Shown: positions 11,401 through 19,217 of the stretch, one piece after another
Numbering within the stretch: the stretch's first letter is position 1
Layout: every line of letters starts with the position of its first letter
Assembly: GCA_963664225.1 (NCBI GenBank)
Contig: OY760937.1
Location: forward strand, 288,001 to 352,000
Length of the DNA stretch: 64,000 bases
Source of the DNA: Verrucomicrobiia bacterium
GTDB taxonomy: Bacteria > Verrucomicrobiota > Verrucomicrobiia > Limisphaerales > UBA1319
Direction of reading: 5' to 3'
Program-made: the position numbers and the translations under genes
Notes under the pieces: generated by a model
Database searches by the model: none
What the model was told of the DNA's origin: nothing
Seen by the model: only the letters and a program-made list of their open reading frames with translations

Positions 11401-12298
11401 CCGCAGCCGGGTAAATCTGAACCGGTGTATAATTGGCAGCAAATGGAAGGCTGAGTTGTGAATTCAAAACACCGAACGACGGGAAAGCTTGAATCCAATC
11501 CATAGCCTGCCGATGGTTAAAGTTGCCTTGCCGTTGATACGACTTATACGCGATTCGAGCCGAAGTTGGCATGCCAATCCAATCGGACGATCGTATAGGA
11601 ACAGGATTGGTTATAAAAAACGGATAGCCCGTTGATGCGCAGAAGAAATCGATCAGCCCATTCGTATGGTTTAGCAAAGACATCGCAATCGGGCTGAGAT
11701 TATTTGGGTTTTCCATTATCGGCCCATCCGACGAGAAATTTGGATAGACTCCAGGGGGGACACCTCCTGGTATTATCGTGAAAACCGATTGGGGTGCGCA
11801 TATTGTGCCGGCGGGAAAAATAAAAGTCCTGACTGGCTGGGGCCAGTGTTCCAAATCATAATAGACTGCCTTCCAGCCAGAGATATCGACTGGGTTTGTG
11901 GATGGATTTGTGAATTCAACTCTCGAGTAATTGCCATTGTCCACTTCTGAAATAACCAGTGGCGGGATCGACAAGATTTGCGCGGAGACAGACACGCTGC
12001 CGTTGAAATCTGCAACTACTTGCTCTGCGCTGTCCCGGGCAGTTATTGTTGCTTTAATTGGAGCGCCCGCTACTTGAGGTGATTCAATGGGATTCCACGA
12101 AAAATGATCGAGCGAGGTAGCCTCCGTGTGCGAACAGATGGCCGACACCAAGACGCTCAACAGGACCGGAAAAATGAATGACTTTCGGCTTGTTTTGATA
12201 ATCTGGGAGAAATCAACGTTCTGGTTGCCAGACTCCGTTTTAAGGCCAGCCTGGCCGCCAATATTAAGCAATTTTTCCTCGCGAAATGAATGCTCCAT
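5429..12298 (-). CDS. Giant secreted/surface protein: lamin-tail-like domain, Ig-like repeats, 3x (beta-propeller + DUF11-like), 2x Calx-beta-like
   Basis: ORF is open to 12466; the ATG at 12298 has GAAGGA upstream. Hydrophobic signal ends SHTEA. LVISEVD...VDISGW motif, three LVYDP...RWGxxGLAFAT propellers each followed by a DUF11-like unit, T.NG.A...DY Calx-beta motifs, C-terminal FYRL. Confidence 0.8.
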   Translation of the reverse strand: MEHSFREEKLLNIGGQAGLKTESGNQNVDFSQIIKTSRKSFIFPVLLSVLVSAICSHTEATSLDHFSWNPIESPQVAGAPIKATITARDSAEQVVADFNGSVSVSAQILSIPPLVISEVDNGNYSRVEFTNPSTNPVDISGWKAVYYDLEHWPQPVRTFIFPAGTICAPQSVFTIIPGGVPPGVYPNFSSDGPIMENPNNLSPIAMSLLNHTNGLIDFFCASTGYPFFITNPVPIRSSDWIGMPTSARIAYKSYQRQGNFNHRQAMDWIQAFPSFGVLNSQLSLPFAANYTPVQIYPAAVNLTNGVWSGFLAVNASASNVFLHVDDENGHPGNSNPFETLNTSVMLTLPPTTLSTVSEIHPATIAISRAIDFDLVFNLNSDNPSKIGGPSTVTIPAGNVSARFNLTNFNDSVIDGIQFVTITASNSLSLMTQGLITNLSAPMLPQLTLPSEIIPQGGTITNQAQLSIGVPAGSNFQAELRSSDPSLLDVPLYVRIPAGQTNVRFSLNAPNAPVILGSRKLTVTASAGSEGTASGSITISGAKANDLVLQVPDRLFEGSGDATNATIMIAGSLETNLVINLAGSDSSFLQVPVTVVLPAGQTSVVIQLTVPPGSSPRQNQLVTVSASASGFVNASGTILIHDTHLDHFAFARIPLNQTANQPFAATILAQNKSGDTLDGFSGIASLSPIGLPLDSLVPTQTDHFTNGRWSGTIMINTAATNVAVRAQSGQTLGQSNPFNVGFVSIVSLNATVSNLVYDPGTDRIYATVPATAAVESNTVMRLNPYSATVEAFIPVDTAPGLMALSASNQFIYIAVKNGYSVQRLNLASQMPDLEFSLPQNPYNFYAISLIGLPNSPASLAIAGQCQFGPLDFIYDGEVARTNLADLALVPGFETGGILSGGSMYVSNGTAFNPAKQKPIGQYPVPGKLASGAPAPDPDAGIIYFLTQQGNQTAIYACDIETFTLQGSQTIPGIVGSAKNLVRWGTNGLAFATTGGQIFLIRSPFAADSTSAQLAVTQSGPALATPGSDISYSILVTNSGSMSAQDVILTDLLPAGAALVNATPSQGTAQNNNGILVALFGAIPPHGETSLKVTVRTKDLGVLTNVVSIASTSDSSNLAHKESGWLTTVLDSTASNSVAHLLLKANDLIYNPVDRMLYASVSGSDTTYGNCIVKIDPESLHPGNPIAVGSEPGALAISPDGRYLYAYLQSTATIVQVDLKTSAVTFQDSIYSYDLSEMIVLQDQAQSVLLSQHYNYGTPSGRGVKIISNGIATALNISPEISLIQPSLSPNVFYGYNGGITRVQLDGTNAVSSTANVLTYDGGPEMRSGGGLLFFAWGEVVDPESMIHVATFPGLARNANHLCPDMASGRVFYMKVIPNDSMTTITAYSLNNYELMGSMLVTGIIGAPEQLVRWGDRGLAFATTGGQLFSIQTPLVPTNQPADLMVTQSAPTLTTLMTNYTITLTISNKGPGVATGIVARDILPAGARFVSTSSTQGSISNNNGTVMAQLGTLAPGASAQISILLRPDVVGSFSNYVRVAANEPDLDMADNSAAQSSLVQFYQKIDLSIGDMVYDPIRDKLFATVLNTGAYSNSIVQIDPQTGTVEKSLPTGFEPGKIAITSDSQFLYVGTTQLRFVARINIQTWTNDFQFDIGMDVNYIVADFAPLPDRPRSITVSMAPWYGSYSQQVAIFDDGIKRPQVIGPVLGSPFQIQASPDGSTLYAVNGTFTAYGIDASGIGGVLTNLAGFAGDFQTEDNLLIAANGHALDLLNNTNLGVYPASGLVASDVENGRAYFLGQGGYAPYPNYTLAACSTNMSNVLWQITIPGASGIAHSLTRCGAGTLAFATSENPYNIPFPSLRCQFFLLRTSKIPAVGDLILETTNNWAIAGGTLTNTFKISNDGPLTATGVTFSNILANGSTLVTNRSTQGSFTQTNGVVICNVGTMASGSSVGITVVSTVPTAGTIPFMASISQNEPDIDPSNNQIVSTETIYPMPSVSVSNLIVPRQNGIKANFNVMLDVPGTKPITLYCRTINGTALSSQDYMSPLIGMLTFEPGATGKTYSVVIIDKGLIRSNLEFYLNVSLGSPTSTPIASATCTLLECNLRGITVTNVSLAMASDSITNALFNIQMSGTNAAQTSVDYFTQNGNAAAGRDYLGKSGTLVLPPGVTNACVSIPIYGIPDSAAVKNFYLNLANPVNAVLNTTKASASILNMSPRPQLLISGMEVKDRNVVLQFPGAAGAFYRLEMSTNLPAQDWVPVSDKIPGTGGPTFITDTNGLSDISKFYRLFEIP

Positions 12299-12872
12299 AA
12301 TGAGTCCTTCAGAAATGTATGTCACGGCCTGCTTGTGGAGGATTGTATGCTTTTCGTTATTCAAGTCAATTATAATACTCCGGCAAAAATTCAAGAAAAG
12401 TGCGGTCTGACAGAGGTCATGAGAAAACATGGAGGCAAAGAGCGTCAAAAAGTGAACTCCTCTCATCGTGATTTGTGACTTTTATGCCCGCTGATGTGTT
12501 TCTGGGGCGTCATTGCAGATTCTTGCTTTAAAGTTTCTTAAAGATGTACGCAAGTTGAGCGGTAATTTTCCTGCCTCTTCCTTCACTTCCTGGGGACTAT
12601 TTACTGGGCCATACGGAAATTGCTACTCTGTGGAAGTCGCAAATGCGTGGGAAAATCTGGTTTTTCGCCAATACAAGTGGATTCGTAAGCGAGTTAAGTG
12701 AGCGGGGAGATGTGTTCCGATACTTCAGATCGTGCCTCCCTGCAGTAAGATGGTCTTGCCGTTTACCTGAGCTCATTTCCAGCCTGTGAATAATCATCAG
12801 AAGATTCCGGAGGAACCTCAAAATAAACCAGGTGTATTTGTGAATTGCGCCATGCCTGGCCCAATCCAGATT

Positions 12873-12919
12873 TGTGACATACCTCAATTAAATGTGACAT
12901 CCATAATTACGGACGGACA
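12873..12919 (-). repeat. Right (glmS-proximal) end of the Tn7-like element: TGT terminus plus two contiguous TnsB-like sites
   Basis: Minus strand reads TGTCCGTC CGTAATTATGGATGTCACA TTTAATTGAGGTATGTCACA. Confidence 0.85.
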
Positions 12920-12943
12920 AAGGCACTGTTAACTTCATTTCAT

Positions 12944-14803
12944 TTATTCGACGGTGACGCTTTTGGCCAGGTTGCGGGGCTTATCCACGTCACAGCCGCG
13001 CGCGACGGCGATGTGATAGGCCAGGAGTTGGAGCGGCACGATGGCGAGCAACGGGAACACGGGATCCATGGTGGCGGGAATGGAGATGACGTGATCGGCC
13101 AGGCGCGCCACGTGTTCGTTGCCTTCTGTGGCCAGGGCGATGATGGGGCCTTTGCGGGCTTTGATTTCCTGGAGATTGCTCAGTGTCTTATCATACCAAG
13201 TGCCTGAAGGAGTGAGAATGACCGAGGGTGTGTGCTCGTCGATCAGGGCGATGGGGCCGTGTTTCATTTCCGCAGCGGGATAGCCTTCGGCGTGGATGTA
13301 AGAGATTTCCTTGAGCTTGAGGGCTCCTTCGAGGGAAGCGGGAAAGCAGTATTGTCGGCCGAGAAAGAAGAAGTTTTGGGCGTCCTTGAATTTCAAGGCC
13401 ACGGTTTTAATTTCTTCGGACAGGGTGAGGACTTTTTGAAGTTGCTCGGGGACAGCTTCCAAGGCGTGAATCAGTTCGGCGCCGCGGCCTGATGCAAGCA
13501 TCCGCATGCGTCCCATGAACAGGGCCAGCAGGGCCAGGACGGTGACCTGGGAGGTGAAGGCCTTCGTGGAGGCGACACCGATTTCCGGGCCCGCATGGAG
13601 GTAAATGCCGCCATCGGCTTCGCGTGCGATGGTGCTGCCGACGACGTTGCAAATGGAGAGGACCTTGTGCCCCCGCCTTTTGGATTCGCGCAGGCCGGCG
13701 AGTGTGTCGAGTGTTTCCCCGGATTGTGTAATGGCCAGGACGAGGGTGCTTTTGTCGATGGGCGCGTTGCGGTAGCGAAATTCGCTGGCGTATTCGACTT
13801 CGACCGGGATGTGGGCAAATTCTTCAATGAGGTATTCGCCAAGAAGTGCGGCGTGCCAGCTTGTGCCGCAGGCGATGAGGACGATGCGGTCCACGGCGCG
13901 CAACTCGGCGGCGGTGAGATTTAAACCGCCGAATTTGGCTGTGGCTTCGTCGTGATCGATGCGTCCGCGCAGGGCGTTGGCGACGGTCTGGGGTTGCTCA
14001 AAGATTTCCTTGAGCATGAAATGCGGGAATGCGCCCCGTTCGATGGCCTCGGCGCCGTATTCGATCTGGCTGATCTGGACCTTGGCGGTGTCGGAGCCCA
14101 GGCTGGTGACGTTGAAACGCTCGCGGGTGAGGGTGACGACGTCGTAGTCGTTGAGATAGACCACCTGGCGGGTGTGGGCGACCATGGCACTCGCGTCGCT
14201 GGCCAGAAAGTATTCACCCTGACCCACGCCGACGATGAGCGGGGAACCGCGGCGGGCGCCGACCATGATTCCGGGATGATCGGCGCTGATGACGGCCAGG
14301 CCATAGGTGCCAATCACGTCACGAAGGGCGTCCATGACGGCTTGTGTGAGAATGGCATCCTCCGAAGCGCCTGCGGCTTTGAGTTTTTGATAGCACTCGC
14401 CAATCAAATGGGCCAGGACTTCGCTGTCCGTTTGAGAATGGAAAATGTGTCCAGCCTTGAGCAGACGTTCCTTGAGACGCTCGAAATTCTCAACCACTCC
14501 GTTATGGACCACGGCAATGCGGCCCGATTGGTCGAGATGCGGATGGGCGTTTTCGTCAGACGGTGGTCCGTGCGTGGCCCAGCGGGTATGCCCCAGACCC
14601 AGGGAACCGGTCGGGGAACCAAGCGCCAGACTGCGTGCCAGACCCTCGTCGATTTTTCCGCGTTTTTTGACGGTTTCCAGCCGACTATCTTCGAGCACGG
14701 TGATGCCCGCGCTATCGTAGCCCCGGTATTCGAGCCGTCGGAGGCCTTCCAGCAGGATTGGAGAGGCCGATTTGCTGCCAATATAGCCAACGATTCCGCA
14801 CAT
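12944..14803 (-). CDS. glmS: Glutamine--fructose-6-phosphate transaminase (isomerizing)
   Basis: N-terminal MCGIVG, LEYRGYDSAG, GHTRWATHG, C-terminal DKPRNLAKSVTVE. Confidence 0.99.
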   Translation of the reverse strand: MCGIVGYIGSKSASPILLEGLRRLEYRGYDSAGITVLEDSRLETVKKRGKIDEGLARSLALGSPTGSLGLGHTRWATHGPPSDENAHPHLDQSGRIAVVHNGVVENFERLKERLLKAGHIFHSQTDSEVLAHLIGECYQKLKAAGASEDAILTQAVMDALRDVIGTYGLAVISADHPGIMVGARRGSPLIVGVGQGEYFLASDASAMVAHTRQVVYLNDYDVVTLTRERFNVTSLGSDTAKVQISQIEYGAEAIERGAFPHFMLKEIFEQPQTVANALRGRIDHDEATAKFGGLNLTAAELRAVDRIVLIACGTSWHAALLGEYLIEEFAHIPVEVEYASEFRYRNAPIDKSTLVLAITQSGETLDTLAGLRESKRRGHKVLSICNVVGSTIAREADGGIYLHAGPEIGVASTKAFTSQVTVLALLALFMGRMRMLASGRGAELIHALEAVPEQLQKVLTLSEEIKTVALKFKDAQNFFFLGRQYCFPASLEGALKLKEISYIHAEGYPAAEMKHGPIALIDEHTPSVILTPSGTWYDKTLSNLQEIKARKGPIIALATEGNEHVARLADHVISIPATMDPVFPLLAIVPLQLLAYHIAVARGCDVDKPRNLAKSVTVE

Positions 14804-14973
14804 AATTATTCAACGCGAGAGTTATTTTGTCAGATTCCGTTTATCCGGCTCCATCATGCCAGACGACGCTGTTATAGGATATGGGGGCAGGTCCTGTTTT
14901 ATTGATGATTCTTGCCCTCAACACCCATCTCATGATAGAGTGTGACCAACGATTTGCAAGCGACCAAAATTTT

Positions 14974-16278
14974 ATGCCAAATTCCATTTCTCAATCTGGA
15001 GGGGGCCGGGTACTCAGCATCATCATGGGAGGCGGGCAGGGCAGCAGGCTCTTCCCGTTGACAAAGGAACGCGCAAAGCCCGCAGTGCCGCTGGCGGGAA
15101 AATATCGTCTTGTGGACATCCCCATCTCCAATTGCATTAATTCAGGTTTAAAGCAGATTTATCTGCTGACCCAGTTTAATTCCGCCTCCCTGCATCGGCA
15201 CATTTCCCAGTCCTATAAGTTCGACCAGTTCACCAATGGTTTTGTGGAGATTCTCGCGGCCGAACAGACCTTCTCCGATTCCTCATGGTATCAGGGAACG
15301 GCCGATGCCGTGCGCAAGAACCGGATGCACTTCATGAATCAGGATTTTGAATATGCCCTGATTCTCAGCGGCGACCAGCTTTACCGCATGGATTACCGGA
15401 AAATCCTGGCCCGGCATATCGAGAATAAGGCGGATTTGACCGTGTCCACGATTCCAGTGACCCGTCAAAACGCGCAGGGTCTGGGTATCATGCAAGTCGG
15501 ACCTGATTATCGCATCACGCGTTTTGTCGAGAAACCGACCGATCCGCAGGTCCTGGATACTTTACGGATCCCGCCGGACCTGTATAAAGGTTTGGGGATA
15601 GAGGGCACCGAGGAGTTGTTTCTGGCGTCAATGGGTATTTACGTGTTCAACCGGGAAGTGATGTTTCAACTGCTTGATAACACGTTAACGGATTTTGGAA
15701 AACATATTATACCAAACGTCATCAACACGCACCGTGTCTTTTCCGATGTGTTTCAAGGCTATTGGGAGGATATTGGAACGATCCGCTCGTTTTTTGAGGC
15801 AAATATCGAGCTGACCGAGGAATTGCCCCGATTCAACTTTTTCGACATGGATTCGCCCATCTTCACCCGGCCCCGTTTTTTGCCGGCGTCGAAAATAAAC
15901 GGAGCGCACGTCGATCATGCGATCATTTCCGACGGGTGCATCATTAATTACGCGCACATCAGCCGGAGCATTGTTGGTTTGCGCAGTCTGGTGGATCGGG
16001 GCAGTTCGCTGCATCGCGTGGTGATGCTCGGAGGCGATTATTTCGAGAGCCAGGCTTCGATTGCCAAAAGCATGGCTGAGAACATCCCGCGCATCGGCAT
16101 TGGACGCAACACACGGATTGAAAACGCCATCATTGATAAGAACGCCCGTATTGGAAACAATTGTGTGATCTCACCTGCAGGCAAGCCCGATCAGGTCACC
16201 GAGGACAAGTTTTACATTCGCGATGGGATTGTCATTATTCCAAAAAACGGAGTGATCCCCGACGGAACGGTCATTTGA
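14974..16278 (+). CDS. glgC: Glucose-1-phosphate adenylyltransferase
   Basis: GGGQGSRLFPLTKERAKPAVP, WYQGTADAV, LSGDQLYRMDY, YWEDIGT. Start moved to ATG 14974. Confidence 0.97.
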   Translation: MPNSISQSGGGRVLSIIMGGGQGSRLFPLTKERAKPAVPLAGKYRLVDIPISNCINSGLKQIYLLTQFNSASLHRHISQSYKFDQFTNGFVEILAAEQTFSDSSWYQGTADAVRKNRMHFMNQDFEYALILSGDQLYRMDYRKILARHIENKADLTVSTIPVTRQNAQGLGIMQVGPDYRITRFVEKPTDPQVLDTLRIPPDLYKGLGIEGTEELFLASMGIYVFNREVMFQLLDNTLTDFGKHIIPNVINTHRVFSDVFQGYWEDIGTIRSFFEANIELTEELPRFNFFDMDSPIFTRPRFLPASKINGAHVDHAIISDGCIINYAHISRSIVGLRSLVDRGSSLHRVVMLGGDYFESQASIAKSMAENIPRIGIGRNTRIENAIIDKNARIGNNCVISPAGKPDQVTEDKFYIRDGIVIIPKNGVIPDGTVI

Positions 16279-16330
16279 TCCGCCGGGAAGATACCGCATT
16301 CTGGCGCTGGGTCTGAAAAGACCTGGTGAC

Positions 16331-16358
16331 TTGCGAATTCAGGATTTTAACTTATACT
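16331..16358 (+). promoter_or_regulatory. Putative sigma70 promoter for the SOD gene
   Basis: TTGCGA-16 bp-TATACT. Confidence 0.5.
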
Positions 16359-16473
16359 GCCGGGTATTATGAGAGCCGTCAGGGCAGCAGACAAAACAGG
16401 GTCGCAAATCATCCAATGAATTGCGACAGGGAAGCCCGAACGGCGGATGACAATGAAAATCGAGGATACCAAA

Positions 16474-17088
16474 ATGGCATATCAGCACGCGAATAAGCAG
16501 GAAGCATTGCTTGCAAAAGTCAAAGGCAAAACCGGCAAGATCTCTGACAAAACCCACGAGGAGCATCTGAAGCTCTACACGGGCTACGTCAACAAAACCA
16601 ACGCAATCCTCAAGGAGTTGGAGGAACTATCCAAAACACTGGATCCGGCCAATGTGGCCCACGCCAACCAGATTTACAGCGTCATGCGCACCCTGAAGCT
16701 GGAGTATTCCTTCGCTCTGGGTGGCATCGTCAATCATGAGATTTACTTTGGCATCATGGGCGGCAAAGGTGGTCCGGCCACCGGCAAGGTGGCTCGCCTG
16801 ATCGAGAAGAGCTTCGGTTCCTTCGATGCTTATAAAAAGGATTTGAAGGCCACCGCCATCTCGGCGCGCGGATGGGCCTGGACGATTTACGATCCCAAGT
16901 CTGACCTGCTTTTCAACCACCTGGGTGATTCACAGAGCACTTACTCCGTCTGGGGAGTCACTCCGATTCTCGCCCTGGACACTTACGAGCACGCCTATTA
17001 CGCGGATTTCTTTACCGCGCGCGGCGCCTACATCGATGAATTTCTGAACATCGTCGATTGGGATCAGGTCAACGCCAATTTGAAATAA
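16474..17088 (+). CDS. Fe/Mn superoxide dismutase family protein
   Basis: Metal-ligand motifs THEEH, NHEIYF, DTYEHAYY; GAGGA upstream of ATG 16474. Confidence 0.9.
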   Translation: MAYQHANKQEALLAKVKGKTGKISDKTHEEHLKLYTGYVNKTNAILKELEELSKTLDPANVAHANQIYSVMRTLKLEYSFALGGIVNHEIYFGIMGGKGGPATGKVARLIEKSFGSFDAYKKDLKATAISARGWAWTIYDPKSDLLFNHLGDSQSTYSVWGVTPILALDTYEHAYYADFFTARGAYIDEFLNIVDWDQVNANLK

Positions 17089-17104
17089 CCGCGCTTGGGG
17101 TCAT

Positions 17105-17806
17105 TCATTTCGCTTTGTCAACGACTCCTTCGGGAGTCGTTTTTTTTGCAGTTTGAGTTTCTTTTTTGCGCCACGCTCTTTCGGTCTTGTTTAGCTCGCG
17201 GCGCAGGGCGTCCTCCGCGGACCACCCTTTGCTCTGTGCATATTGGACGAGTGCCAGCAATGAAGGCCCCAACTGCGCCTTGGTGGGTGAGAAGGGTGGT
17301 GGCACGATTTTTTCGGCCGCGTTCAACCCGGCTTTGCGGGCTTTCTTGAGGAGTTTTTCCGCGCGCATCAAGGAGGGCAGGTGACGGGGGACGCCATCCA
17401 GCGCGGAGGGACGTTCATGAACGGTCCCTTTTTTCTCGGTTTTCTTGATTTGATCCCATTGAGTCCAGATGGCATCGATGGTTTTGACCTTGGAATCGCC
17501 AAAGACATGGGGATGGCGGCGGATTAATTTATCGACCAGTTGCCGGGCCACGGTTTCGAAGTCAAAGGCCTTCCGCTCCCGGGCCATCTGACAATGAAAG
17601 ACCACCTGGAGGAGCAAGTCGCCCAGTTCCTCCGCCATTTCCACGTCATCACCGGCTTCAATGGCATCGATCAATTCGTAAACCTCCTCGATGGTATGAA
17701 GGCTGATGGAGCGGTGGTCCTGTTCGCGATCCCAGGGGCAGCCATCGGGCGCGCGCAAACGGGCCATTACTTCCAACAATTGATCGATGGCTTTTTTCTT
17801 TTTCAT
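17105..17806 (-). CDS. mazG: MazG family nucleoside triphosphate pyrophosphohydrolase
   Basis: LRAPDGCPWDREQ, EEVYE, EELGDLLLQVVFH, KLIRRHPHVF. Start overlaps the proB stop (TGATG). Confidence 0.92.
   Translation of the reverse strand: MKKKKAIDQLLEVMARLRAPDGCPWDREQDHRSISLHTIEEVYELIDAIEAGDDVEMAEELGDLLLQVVFHCQMARERKAFDFETVARQLVDKLIRRHPHVFGDSKVKTIDAIWTQWDQIKKTEKKGTVHERPSALDGVPRHLPSLMRAEKLLKKARKAGLNAAEKIVPPPFSPTKAQLGPSLLALVQYAQSKGWSAEDALRRELNKTERAWRKKETQTAKKTTPEGVVDKAK
17120..17147 (+). terminator. Rho-independent terminator for sod
   Basis: AACGACTCC-TTCG-GGAGTCGTT hairpin followed by a T run. Confidence 0.85.
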
Positions 17807-18888
17807 CAGAGAATGACCAGGTTGTCGCGGTGAACGATTTCGGTGCGACCGGTCTTGCGGGCGGTCAATGCGGCGGCGCTGAAATCCGTGATGCCGCGCG
17901 CGAATTCGGTGCCGTCCAGGTCGCAAATGCGGACGATATCTCCGGCTTCGAACGCGCCGTCAAATCGAGAGATTCCCACAGGCAGCAGGCTTTTTCCGCC
18001 TTCGCGCAGGGCCTTTCTGGCCCCGTCATCCACATAGAGCAATCCCTTGGGGTTGTGGAAAAATGCGATCCAACGTTTGCGTCCGTGCATCTTATTGGGT
18101 CGGGGCACGAAGAGCGTGCCGGTTTCCGCGCCTTTGAGGATATTCTCCAGAACCGTTTTTTTGCGACCGGGAGCGATCACCATCGGGATACCGGAGCGAA
18201 TCACAATTTTGGCGGCTTGAACCTTGGAGTGCATGCCTCCGATGGCCGTGACGCTCGTGGTGCCTCCCGCCATTCTTTCGATGGCGGCGTCAATTTTTTC
18301 AACCAGCGGGATCACGCGGGATTGTGGGGTGCCATAGTTTTCGACCAGCCCATCCACCGTGGTCAGAATGACCAATAAATCCGCAGGCAGCAATGAAGCG
18401 ACCAGGGCAGAGAGGCGGTCGTTGTCCCCGAATTTCAATTCGGTTACCGAAACAGCGTCGTTTTCATTGATGATGGGAATGACGCCGCGCTGGAGGAGGG
18501 CCAGCAGGGTGTGGCGCGCGTTGAGATGGCGGTCGTGATGCTCGAGATCGTCATGAGTGAGCAAGACCTGGGCGACATGGAGGCCGTATCTGGCGAAGAG
18601 CTGCTCGTAGATGGCCATGAGCCGGCATTGGCCGACGGCGGCGCAGGCCTGCATTTCAGCTAGATCGGTCGGGCGTTTCTCAAAGCCGAGCGTGCCCATG
18701 CCGGCGCCGACCGCGCCTGAGGTGACGAGGAGAATTTCCTTGCCGGCCTTGCGTTGGGCGGACATCTGGGCGACCAACTGTTCCATTTGGGCCAAATCGG
18801 GCTGCTTGCGACTGTCGGTGAGGACGCCGGTGCCCAATTTGACCACGATACGCGTGACATCTTTTAATAATTTCTGCCGCATTACCAT
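17806..18888 (-). CDS. proB: Glutamate 5-kinase
   Basis: RIVVKLGT, TSGAVGAG, IINEND, FGDNDRLSA, C-terminal PUA domain ending VHRDNLV. Confidence 0.97.
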   Translation of the reverse strand: MVMRQKLLKDVTRIVVKLGTGVLTDSRKQPDLAQMEQLVAQMSAQRKAGKEILLVTSGAVGAGMGTLGFEKRPTDLAEMQACAAVGQCRLMAIYEQLFARYGLHVAQVLLTHDDLEHHDRHLNARHTLLALLQRGVIPIINENDAVSVTELKFGDNDRLSALVASLLPADLLVILTTVDGLVENYGTPQSRVIPLVEKIDAAIERMAGGTTSVTAIGGMHSKVQAAKIVIRSGIPMVIAPGRKKTVLENILKGAETGTLFVPRPNKMHGRKRWIAFFHNPKGLLYVDDGARKALREGGKSLLPVGISRFDGAFEAGDIVRICDLDGTEFARGITDFSAAALTARKTGRTEIVHRDNLVIL

Positions 18889-18966
18889 CGGTAGGTAGCA
18901 TGGGAGGGCGGATCGAGTCAATGACGCGGAGGGCGTAACGACTTGAGAGGGTTCCAATTTGCGCGT

Positions 18967-19197
18967 CTAACCTCCGGCCACAATGCGCACAATTTCGAGG
19001 CGATCGCCGTCATTCAGTGGACGGCCGCCAAACTCGGATGGCGAAACAGCCTCGCCATTCTGCTCCACAACCACCGCGCGCGGGAAAAGTTTTTGAGCGA
19101 CCAGAAATTGCTCCAGCGTGCAGGGCAGGGCAATGGGAATGGACAGGCCATTGGCCGTGACGTGCCCCGCCGTTTGGGAATGAGTATTTCGAATCAT
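18967..19197 (-). CDS. thiS: Sulfur carrier protein ThiS
   Basis: VVVEQNGEAV...LNDGDRLEIVRIVAGG with C-terminal GG; start at ATG 19197. Confidence 0.9.
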   Translation of the reverse strand: MIRNTHSQTAGHVTANGLSIPIALPCTLEQFLVAQKLFPRAVVVEQNGEAVSPSEFGGRPLNDGDRLEIVRIVAGG

Positions 19198-19217
19198 AAA
19201 CAATGGGATGCAGCTTG

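Larger units (their letters stand above)
5223..12919. mobile_element. Non-autonomous Tn7-like element inserted at attTn7 downstream of glmS
   Basis: 27-bp terminal inverted repeats match at 25/27 and internal repeated sites are present at both ends. The right terminus ...ACA is 24 bp from the glmS stop. No tns genes are visible and the interior is AT-richer than the flanks. Confidence 0.8.

Noticed and set aside
12467..12872. Short ORFs (12513-12701 +, 12597-12887 -) inside the right end as possible tnsA remnants
   Set aside because: No TnsA or TnsB motif is recognisable by eye; BLASTx would be needed.
14804..14973. glmS ribozyme upstream of glmS
   Set aside because: Short divergent spacer with no recognisable ribozyme core.
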